Positions 16,860-24,605 of a DNA stretch of 27,150 bases are shown here, in pieces. The translations under genes and the position numbers were made by a program. Positions within the stretch are counted from its first letter, which is position 1, and every line of letters begins with the position of its first letter. A model generated the notes under the pieces. That model searched no databases. It saw only the letters and a list, made by a program, of their open reading frames with translations, and was not told where the DNA came from. The stretch spans positions 1 to 27,150 of the forward strand of contig JAQTRH010000001.1 in the NCBI GenBank assembly GCA_028711925.1. Direction: 5' to 3'. The stretch comes from Candidatus Nanoarchaeia archaeon. GTDB taxonomy: Archaea; Nanobdellota; Nanobdellia; Woesearchaeales; CG1-02-33-12.

Positions 16860-17348
16860 CTATTCTTCAGAAGTGCAATTGCATAATTGCAGTTCACGTT
16901 CAAGATCTATTATTTCTTTATTTGCATCTTCAAGTTGATATTGTGTTGATAACAAATCAGCTTGTGCTGCAGCAAGTTTTTTTTGTGTTGTGGCAAGCTC
17001 TGCCTTTTTCTGATTTAATTCAGCTGTTTTTGATGACAACTGACTTTGAAGGTTTGATTTTTCTGCCTCAACTTTATCTTTTTCTTCTTTTAGGCCGCTA
17101 TACTGAGTGCTTAATTCCTCTTCCCTTTCTTCTTTTACCAGGAGCTGGTAGCTTGTCTGGTTAAGCCTGCTTCTCTCGTTTATTAATGTAGAAGAAAGAT
17201 TATCCATTTTATCTATAGTTTCTTTATAATCAAGATAAAGGCCTTTAAATGTTGTCTGGTAGTAAATGCTTACTCCGACAATGCATATAATGCTGGCTGC
17301 CAATAATAAAAAAAGCCCAAAATTAACATTTCTTTTCATATATGCCAT
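16860..17348 (-). CDS. N-terminally anchored coiled-coil protein
   Basis: TM FGLFLLLAASIICIVGVSIYY followed by a heptad-rich region (LKEEKDKVEAEKSNLQSQLSSKTAELNQKKAELATTQKKLAAAQ). Confidence 0.85.
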   Translation of the reverse strand: MAYMKRNVNFGLFLLLAASIICIVGVSIYYQTTFKGLYLDYKETIDKMDNLSSTLINERSRLNQTSYQLLVKEEREEELSTQYSGLKEEKDKVEAEKSNLQSQLSSKTAELNQKKAELATTQKKLAAAQADLLSTQYQLEDANKEIIDLERELQLCNCTSEE

Positions 17349-17374
17349 GATATCATCCTGTTATTGATTATTAT

Positions 17375-19774
17375 TTATATAGATTTCCTATTTTCAGCAA
17401 TCCTCCTTGCGCAAACCTCTATTAAAAACAGCAATAATGCGCAAAGCATGAAAATCCATCCATAATTCTTTTTATCAACCTTGGTTCTTTTTGATTTTTC
17501 TTTAATAAAATCAACAATCAATGAAGTATTTTTTGCGCTGAACATTCTCCCGTTTGTTATGCTAACTAGATTAATAAGCTCTGGATTTATTCCAAGTTCT
17601 TGGTATTCTAACTTGTAATTCACTGCCATTGATGCATCAAAAAAATCATTAAATCCTAATTTTTTTGGAACAAATGTTGTTTTGTAGAGATTTTCATCCA
17701 CCTTTGAGAATACAAATCCAGAAAGATAAGGTTCAGTTGCAGATGATACAAATATCTCTGCAGTATCATCTAACCTAGAATCCTTTAGTTTTACGCTGAA
17801 CTGCTCTTTTCTGTTTGGGTCACCTATTGCCCAGTTAACTGTTCTTGTTATGAGTTTTGAATTTTCTCTTCCTAAAAGGTCTCCTGCCCAATTTTGTGGA
17901 TTAGTTGTCAGCGCAGCAACTCTCCCTAAACCAAAACGCCATACAGTTGCTATGGGGTTTGTATTGTAAGTTGAAACAAGCATCCTTGCAGAGCTCTTTG
18001 GAACTACCTGGTTATATCCCGTTACTCTTGCATTAAGTTCAAGGTTTTGCGTTATAAAATGGTTTGTATCAATTAAAATCAAGCCCATCTTATCTTTCTC
18101 CTCATCTTCATATTCCCTATTAAAAATTATATTGATTTTTTGGGCTTCTGTAGGCTCAAAATAAGATCCCCCTCCGGCAAGAGCAAGGCTTTGCATAAAA
18201 GCGCTGTTTGTATCAAATCCAACCCCTACTGCATATGTTTTTATTCCCTGCGATTTCATAATCCTTGCCCTGGAAATCGCATCTTCAGAGTATTGTGTTA
18301 TTCCATCTGATATGATAATCACATTCTTGCTTCCCTTTGCAGACCTCAAAATCTGCTCTGCCCTCACAAGACCTGATGAAGCAAAAGTTCCAGCATTGTA
18401 TCCTCCTCCTTTTATAGTGGATATGATATAGTTTAAATCCGGTTTTTCTGACACCAATAAAAGAGGAGATATAAGATAAGAATTAAAGTCAAAGGTTAAC
18501 ACTGCAACCCTATCATCCTGCCTTAACCCATTTATTACTTGGGTTGCAACTGCTTTTTCAACATCTAATTTTGAGTTTAAACTCCCGCTTCCAAATTTAT
18601 AGTCAACCGAGCCTGAAACATCAAGTATAATCACAACATTCATGCCGCTTTCTTCTTGTTTTTCTGCCAATCCAACTTTTACAGGAAGAATTGTCTCAAA
18701 AATAGAATCTTCATAATCACCATAATCAAAAGAATTATCTCCTCCTATCACTACAAGCCCATTTCCATCAATAACATAATTACTCAGCAATTCATTTTTT
18801 TCCTGTATCCAGCTATTCTCTATATTGTAGATTATAACTGCAGAATATGGATTTAGGTTATCTGGAACATAGCTCTTTTTTTCAACATCATACAAAGCAT
18901 CAAAAATATCTGTTATTCTTGCGTCTTTTTGCGAGATAAATAACACTTTGGGCTTTGGAAGCACATGTATAGTCTTATAGTAAACATTATTTTCAGTAAA
19001 ATGGTCATTTGCTGTTATCGATGCCTTTATCTTATGATAGCCTGTATTAAGCTTTTCTTTAATTTCAAATGTTTTTTCTTCAGATACACTTTCCTCTATT
19101 AATAGATTGTCATCTAGAGAAACTTCTATATTGTAATTAAGTTTAGATGGCCCTGTATGCCTTATATCAATGTATATTTCAGCATTGTTTCCGTATATAA
19201 CTTCATCAGGGGCGTCTATTATAACTGCAAGGTCTGATTTAATGGGCTCAAGATTAACTGAACTTATTGTTGTGTTAAGAGATGAAGCAAGCATCATCAC
19301 ATTTCCCAAAGATGATCCCTTGTTGTTATTTCCATCACTAATCAGAAGCAGATTATCATTTCCTTTCATGTTGTTCAGTATAGAATCCCCTATTGGTGAA
19401 TGGTCTCCAAAGCATATATACTTTAATTGGGTAGGTATTTCCTTTTCAAGAGAAGACTTCAGCTCGTTTACTATGCTATTGTCAAATATGCTGAATGATG
19501 TTGAGTTATCAACAAGAATCATTACTGAAGGGTCTCCCTCAACAACTCTCTCATTAAGAGTAAAAGGAGAAGCAATTGCAATAATAAGAAGAATAAATAT
19601 TATTGACCTTGATAAAGCAATTAAAATCCTCTGCACTTTTTTACTTTTTTTATATTCTTTTTCCTGCTCATCATTTGTAAACTTTATAAAATTTTTTCTG
19701 ATTAGAATTATCAATATTATTATGGCTATAGGAATTAATGCAATAACTAAAGGATGCTTAAAATAAAAGATTAT
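17375..19774 (-). CDS. Membrane-anchored vWA / GATase-like multidomain protein (799 aa if started at ATA 19774)
   Basis: VMILVDNSTSF; Ig-like segment; YSAVIIYN...GNGLVVIGG...ETILPV; VVIILDVSGSV...VIIISDGI...YAVGVG; WRFGLGRVAALTT; C-terminal TM. Frame stays open 60 nt beyond the track start to an ATA preceded by GAGGTGAT. Confidence 0.85.
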   Translation of the reverse strand: MIFYFKHPLVIALIPIAIIILIILIRKNFIKFTNDEQEKEYKKSKKVQRILIALSRSIIFILLIIAIASPFTLNERVVEGDPSVMILVDNSTSFSIFDNSIVNELKSSLEKEIPTQLKYICFGDHSPIGDSILNNMKGNDNLLLISDGNNNKGSSLGNVMMLASSLNTTISSVNLEPIKSDLAVIIDAPDEVIYGNNAEIYIDIRHTGPSKLNYNIEVSLDDNLLIEESVSEEKTFEIKEKLNTGYHKIKASITANDHFTENNVYYKTIHVLPKPKVLFISQKDARITDIFDALYDVEKKSYVPDNLNPYSAVIIYNIENSWIQEKNELLSNYVIDGNGLVVIGGDNSFDYGDYEDSIFETILPVKVGLAEKQEESGMNVVIILDVSGSVDYKFGSGSLNSKLDVEKAVATQVINGLRQDDRVAVLTFDFNSYLISPLLLVSEKPDLNYIISTIKGGGYNAGTFASSGLVRAEQILRSAKGSKNVIIISDGITQYSEDAISRARIMKSQGIKTYAVGVGFDTNSAFMQSLALAGGGSYFEPTEAQKINIIFNREYEDEEKDKMGLILIDTNHFITQNLELNARVTGYNQVVPKSSARMLVSTYNTNPIATVWRFGLGRVAALTTNPQNWAGDLLGRENSKLITRTVNWAIGDPNRKEQFSVKLKDSRLDDTAEIFVSSATEPYLSGFVFSKVDENLYKTTFVPKKLGFNDFFDASMAVNYKLEYQELGINPELINLVSITNGRMFSAKNTSLIVDFIKEKSKRTKVDKKNYGWIFMLCALLLFLIEVCARRIAENRKSI

Positions 19775-21537
19775 AAATCACCTCTTGATTTTATGTATAA
19801 TATCTCAAAAAACATCAGTAATATTGCTATTGTTATAAGGTACAAATCAAGGTCTAAAGCAACATTTTCTTGGGATATGCCTGGGACAAATTCACTGTTT
19901 TCAAATGGCATTATTTCTATTCCAACATCAGACTCAAGTTCATTGATTAGGTTTACTGCAATTTTATCTTTATTTTCATTTTCATAAAAACCCACTTTTT
20001 TAATTTTGGGTTTTTGCTGTATCATAAAGTTGTAATCATTGATATCTCCTACGCCTGCAAGGTAGTTTAATAAATCATTCCAAAATATAGGGTATGATGT
20101 TTGTGTGTTAAAATCGCTTTGCTCATCAAGAATTCCATAATATACAATTTTGCCTTCTCCCCTGCTTCCAATTGCAAATAAAGGACTTGAATCATCTGCC
20201 TCTATTAAGGATATTGAATCCTGTTTTATACTCGATTTAAAGTACTTTTTTGCTGTGGTAAAGCATCTATCATTATCAAACTGATTTGTTATCTCATTTA
20301 TCAGCTTTACACATGCTTTTGTATTATTTCCCCTGCCATTAATCTCAACCGGGAGAAGCCATGAAATGCCCATATCCTCAATACCCTCCTGAGTGTTTAT
20401 TATAAGGCTCTTTCCATTACCTACTTCCCTAGATATCTCTTCAAATGTCCCGGGAAGTATCAAATCTATATCTATATCTGCAATTATTATAATGTCATTT
20501 GATTCTATACCGCGAACTATAGGGGGTTGGACTATTTCAAGGTTCACATCTTTGAATGACTCAAGAGCTTTCATAATATAGCTTGTTTCTGAGTTGGTTA
20601 TAAGCAAAACATTTATGTGTTTTTTTTCAGGAGCGCTTATGTAGACAATATCATCTAATTTGAAATCATCATTTGAATTAATAACAATCTGGCTTATCCC
20701 GGTAGGAGTCTCAAAATCAAATTTTTCCTTGGATTTTGCGCTGATTTTTTTTGATTTCCTGTCTAATGCAATTTCATCCTTGATAACTGCTGCAGTAATT
20801 TCAACCTCTTCATCATTAAAGTTTTTCACATCAACAACAACATTGTATTTGTTGACATCAAGTCCCACGATTCCGACATTTTCTGCATCACTCCATGTAC
20901 TTACAAATTCAACATCTATTCCTTTTGAGGATATTATTCTTTTTGCTTTGAAAAGTTCATTTATATCCTCTACTAAAAAATCGCTTATAACAACAATTCT
21001 TCCTTTCTTTTCTTGGAGTATAGACTCTGCTTCATAAAGAGAGCTCTCTATATTAGTAGGAGTATCTTTTGGTTTTATTGCATTTATTATTGCTGTAGCT
21101 TGATTCCTTGTTCCATCCTCTAACATTGTCTCAGGGGCATCCGATGCGGATATTATGCTTATTCTGCCCTGAAAGTAATCTTTGGCAATATCAATAGATT
21201 TTTCAAACCTTGTTGCTCCATTAGTTAAAGCCTGGGAACTTGCGCTTGTGTCTATTATGATTACAGTATTTTCAGATGTTGCTTTTTCAGAGGTTATCAA
21301 ATAAGGAGATGCTATTGATAATGCGATAAGGCAGATAACCAAAATTTGGATAAGAAACAGAAGGTTTCTAAGGATTTTCTTGAAAAATGAGTCTTCTGCT
21401 GCATGTTTCTGGCCTTTCATGAAGAACATGAGAGAGGGAATTACCTTTTCAAGAGGCTTTGGCCTCCTAAGATAGATTATTATAAGTGGTATAAGGGCAA
21501 GGAAAGCAAAAAGCCCCAGTGTATTAGCTATTGGCAT
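19771..21537 (-). CDS. BatA-like N-terminal domain plus vWA membrane protein
   Basis: LFAFLALIPLIIIYLRRPKP...IPSLMFF, LLFLIQILVICLIALSIASP, VIIIDTSASS, IVVISDF, C-terminal TM. SD GAGGTG 4 nt upstream; TATA-like TATTTATA at 21582-21589. Confidence 0.88.
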   Translation of the reverse strand: MPIANTLGLFAFLALIPLIIIYLRRPKPLEKVIPSLMFFMKGQKHAAEDSFFKKILRNLLFLIQILVICLIALSIASPYLITSEKATSENTVIIIDTSASSQALTNGATRFEKSIDIAKDYFQGRISIISASDAPETMLEDGTRNQATAIINAIKPKDTPTNIESSLYEAESILQEKKGRIVVISDFLVEDINELFKAKRIISSKGIDVEFVSTWSDAENVGIVGLDVNKYNVVVDVKNFNDEEVEITAAVIKDEIALDRKSKKISAKSKEKFDFETPTGISQIVINSNDDFKLDDIVYISAPEKKHINVLLITNSETSYIMKALESFKDVNLEIVQPPIVRGIESNDIIIIADIDIDLILPGTFEEISREVGNGKSLIINTQEGIEDMGISWLLPVEINGRGNNTKACVKLINEITNQFDNDRCFTTAKKYFKSSIKQDSISLIEADDSSPLFAIGSRGEGKIVYYGILDEQSDFNTQTSYPIFWNDLLNYLAGVGDINDYNFMIQQKPKIKKVGFYENENKDKIAVNLINELESDVGIEIMPFENSEFVPGISQENVALDLDLYLITIAILLMFFEILYIKSRGDL

Positions 21538-21597
21538 TAAGCACCTCTTTCATAAATTACTTATTAGAACAAAATCACAATATAAATATTTTGCCTT

Positions 21598-22170
21598 TTA
21601 GCTAACAGAAACAAGGCTATATTTTATCTTTATCCATCCGGAATTGATCTTTTTATAGTTATTAATTTTTTCAAAGTCATCAATGCTCATACCTTCTGGT
21701 TTTGTGTAATCAGATGTTGCCTGCCCCATATTCTGCATCATTATTACCTTTCCAAGGAATTTATCAAGATCTTTGTTTTCAACAATCGGCGCATCATATT
21801 CTTTTTTTTCCTTATTTTTCTTAGTTGATTCCCAATTAGAATTCTGAAAATTTAATTGTTTTTTATTGATATTATCCATAGAGTAATCATCATAATTAAA
21901 TCTGCTGTTGCTTTGCCCATAAAACAATTTTTCATGCATAATCCTTTGCATAAGCAGAAAGTAGCTGTTATTAATACTCTCACTGGTTTTTTTATCTTTA
22001 GTTTTTTGGTTTTTGTTTTTTGGATGCAATAATACAATTGAATCAAGGGTATTAGACTTTTTAAATTTGGGATTATCCTTGAATTTCTTCACACTATTCA
22101 TCACTTCAATAGTGCTATTCTGAATTAATATGTTATTTATTTCTTGATGATTTTCTTTATTGGATACCAT
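21598..22170 (-). CDS. Hypothetical N/K-rich protein (about 190 aa)
   Basis: ORF with ATG at 22170 and TTTATATA 23 nt upstream; no family recognised. Confidence 0.7.
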   Translation of the reverse strand: MVSNKENHQEINNILIQNSTIEVMNSVKKFKDNPKFKKSNTLDSIVLLHPKNKNQKTKDKKTSESINNSYFLLMQRIMHEKLFYGQSNSRFNYDDYSMDNINKKQLNFQNSNWESTKKNKEKKEYDAPIVENKDLDKFLGKVIMMQNMGQATSDYTKPEGMSIDDFEKINNYKKINSGWIKIKYSLVSVS

Positions 22171-22184
22171 ATCCAACAGAAAAC

Positions 22185-22201
22185 TATAAATAATATATAA
22201 A
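22185..22201. promoter_or_regulatory. Interleaved divergent TATA boxes
   Basis: Plus-strand CAGAAAAC-TATAAATA (22185-22192) is 22 nt before ATG 22215; minus-strand TTTATATA (22194-22201) is 23 nt before ATG 22170. Confidence 0.55.
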
Positions 22202-22214
22202 CCTGTTGTTTGTT

Positions 22215-22808
22215 ATGCCTGGAAACAAACCCAATTACTCAAGAATAGATGTTCTCAGAACCTTATTATTGATTAACAAAAATACAAGCAGGATAGAACT
22301 TGTGAAAAAACTAAATCTTGGTGAAGGCACAATAAGAACTATACTTGATTCAATCAAAAACAAAAAACTGATTGTGTCAACAAATAAGGGGCATTCTTTA
22401 ACAAAAAAAGGCATTGATTTAATTAAAAAAATAGAGTCAATAATTGAAATCAAGAATATAAAGCTTAACGAAATCTATCCTGATATGGACAAATCAGTTG
22501 TTTTGATTAAAACAAAACAAGAAGAGGAAATAAATTTTCAGCAGAGGGATATTGCAGTAAGGCATGGGGCAAATGGCGCAATTATATCTGAATTCAACGG
22601 AAAACTTGTTATTCCCTGCCCGAATATGGATTTCAAAAAAACCTATACAGAGGATTACAAGAAAATTACTTCCTCATTTAAATTTATAAAAGGAAATGTC
22701 TTATTGATTTGTTTTGCATACAGAAAGTCAGATGCAGAAAAAGGTGCTTTAGCAATATCATTAAACCTTTCAAAAGAATTAGATAATATTTTTAATAAGA
22801 TTTGCTGA
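22215..22808 (+). CDS. Winged-helix protein, DUF4443-like archaeal family
   Basis: SRIELVKKLNLGEGTIRTILDSI...GHSLTKKG (wHTH); QQRDIAVRHGANGAII; AEKGALAI. Confidence 0.75.
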   Translation: MPGNKPNYSRIDVLRTLLLINKNTSRIELVKKLNLGEGTIRTILDSIKNKKLIVSTNKGHSLTKKGIDLIKKIESIIEIKNIKLNEIYPDMDKSVVLIKTKQEEEINFQQRDIAVRHGANGAIISEFNGKLVIPCPNMDFKKTYTEDYKKITSSFKFIKGNVLLICFAYRKSDAEKGALAISLNLSKELDNIFNKIC

Positions 22809-24237
22809 AATATATTTTATACTCTGCCGGTTTTCCGCATTTTATGCACTTGCCTTTCTGCTTTCTTTCATCAAAGGTTATGCATCTTTATGTTGCACCG
22901 TCTGACTCTGATTTTATTAATTCCTCGCATTCTTTTTTGCCGCAGAAAAATGCCTTTACTATATTCTTTTTCTTGATTTGTTTAACAAAGTCATCCCATT
23001 TTTCAACTTCAATAATATTATCATCAATAAGTTTTCTTGCCTTTTCAAAAAGATTTTTCTGTATTTTATCAAGAGTTTCTTTTAGCTTTTTGTTTATATC
23101 ATTAAAATTAACTGCTTCTTTCTCACCAGTATCCCTTCTAACCATCACAACCTGTTTTTTCTCTATATCTTTTGGACCAATCTCTATTCTCACTGGAATT
23201 CCTTTCAGCTCCCATTCGTTGAATTTCCATCCTGGGCTGTACTCATCTCTTTCATCAACTTCCACACTGTAATCTTTTAGGGATTTTTTTATTTCATATG
23301 TTTTTTTCAGTATTTTTTCCTTAGATTCCTCTTTGATTATTGGTATTATAACAGCATGTACAGGAGCAATTTTTGGAGGGATTACAAGCCCTTTATCATC
23401 CCCATGAAGCATTATAACTGCTCCAATCATTCGTGTGCTTATTCCCCATGATGTCTGCCATGGCCTGTGGTATTTCTCATCCCTTCCAAGGAATTTTATA
23501 TCAAATGCCTTTGCAAAGCTCTGCCCGAGCATATGCGATGTTCCCATCTGCAGTGCTTTTCCATCAGGCATAAAAGCCTCAAGTGTTGTGGTATAGTCGG
23601 CTCCTGCAAACTTTTCTTTTTCTGTTTTCTTTCCTGTCAATACAGGAACTGCAAGATAGTTTTCCATCAAATCCTTGTACATATAAAGAATATCAATTAC
23701 TTCCTTGTCTGCTTCCTCTTTTGTTGCATGAACAGTATGGCCTTCCTGCCATAAAAACTCCCTTGTCCTTAAAAAAGGCTTTGGATATTTGAACTCCCAT
23801 CTTACAACATTGCACCATTGGTTTATCAATAAAGGCAAATCCCTCCATGACCTTATCCATTTTGCATAAGACTCGTACATTATTGTTTCAGATGTCGGCC
23901 TTATTGCAAGCCTTTCAGACATCTTTGTGTTTCCACCGTGTGTCACCCATGCAACCTCTGGGGCAAAACCCTCAACGTGCTCCTTCTCTTTCATTAAAAG
24001 GCTTTCTGGTATTAGAAGGGGAAAATAGGCGTTTTTATGCCCTGTATTTTTAATCATTTCATCAAATATCTTTTGTATATTCTCCCAGATTGAATATGCA
24101 TTTGGCCTTAAAACCATGCATCCTGAGACAGAAGTATAATCAGCTAATTCTGCCTTTTGAACAACCTGAGTATACCATTCGCTTAAATTCTCGGATTTTT
24201 TTACTGTGATTCCAATATTTTCTTTTTTCTTTGCCAT
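22792..24237 (-). CDS. proS: Prolyl-tRNA synthetase, archaeal/eukaryotic type, interrupted by an in-frame TAA at 22888-22890
   Basis: LAIRPTSET, WIRSWRDLP, NQWCNVVRWE, PFLRTREFLWQEGHT, FAGA, QMGTSH, SWGISTR, GDDKGL, WELKGIPVRIEIGP. After the stop the same frame reads RCITFDERKQKGKCIKCGKPAEYKIYFSKSY*. Confidence 0.96.
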
Positions 24238-24258
24238 ACCAATAATAATTTATGTTTT

Positions 24259-24266
24259 TATTTAAA
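24259..24266 (-). promoter_or_regulatory. TATA box for proS (probably leaderless)
   Basis: Minus strand AACAAAATA-TTTAAATA, 21 nt before the ATG at 24237. Confidence 0.55.
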
Positions 24267-24287
24267 TATTTTGTTTATTGAAAGACC

Positions 24288-24300
24288 TGGGCCGCTGAGA
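24288..24300 (-). repeat. Duplicated tRNA-Pro 3' exon (one C short)
   Basis: TCTCAGCGGCCCA versus TCTCAGCGGCCCCA of the tRNA; both are preceded by TTGAAA(A/G). Confidence 0.9.
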
Positions 24301-24395
24301 CTTTCAAGCATTTGCTTCTATTTGCTTTTTTTGCGAGAGCGAGCGAGCGAGTCCAGCTTTATGCTGGACCTGCGTGCCAGCTTAGCAAGAAGCTG
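24301..24395 (-). repeat. Second copy of the intron-like structured element
   Basis: 25-nt identity to the intron (24345-24369 = 24448-24472), shared TCGCAAAAAA, and an equivalent 6-bp hairpin at 24378-24395. Confidence 0.88.
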
Positions 24396-24397
24396 AA

Positions 24398-24554
24398 TGG
24401 GGCCGCTGAGATTTTCAAAAACGATTACTCTTTTTTGCGAACGAAGTGAGCGAGTCCAGCTTTATGCTGGACAGCGTATCAAATGAGCAACCATTTGTTC
24501 GAACTCAGGTCGCCACGTCCCGAACGTGGGATTCTACCACTATACTACGGCCCC
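24398..24554 (-). tRNA. tRNA-Pro(CGG) with an 86-nt intron at 59/60 (exons 24498-24554 and 24398-24411); CCA not encoded
   Basis: Spliced: GGGGCCG TA GTAT AGTGGTA GAAT C CCACG TTCGGGA CGTGG CGAC CTGAG TTCGAA^T CTCAG CGGCCCC A. Acceptor, anticodon and T stems pair perfectly; the D stem is weak. BHB motif at the junctions. Confidence 0.92.
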
Positions 24555-24578
24555 TTAAAAACATAGAAACTCAATAAG

Positions 24579-24585
24579 TTTTAAA
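24579..24585 (-). promoter_or_regulatory. TATA box for tRNA-Pro
   Basis: Minus strand TTTAAAA, 24 nt before G1. Confidence 0.55.
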
Positions 24586-24605
24586 TATCTTACTTATCCT
24601 GAAAA

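Noticed and set aside
16838-16903. N-terminal extension MNVNCNYAIALLKNRRSIKRYK
   Set aside because: Overlaps the upstream gene by 44 nt; ATG at 16837 gives a normal 22-nt intergenic gap.
22888-22890. Genome-wide reassignment of TAA
   Set aside because: TAA is the normal terminator of many intact genes here (ispH, uppS, cbf5, rpl31e, rpl39e, PDCD5), so a code change cannot explain the proS stop.
22802-23272. 156-aa plus-strand ORF covering the proS 3' end
   Set aside because: Antisense to conserved proS codons including the post-stop segment; no start signals or recognisable motifs.
24288-24497. CRISPR array
   Set aside because: Only two units, the shared part is internal structure tied to a tRNA, there are no unique spacers between identical repeats, and no cas genes are in the window.
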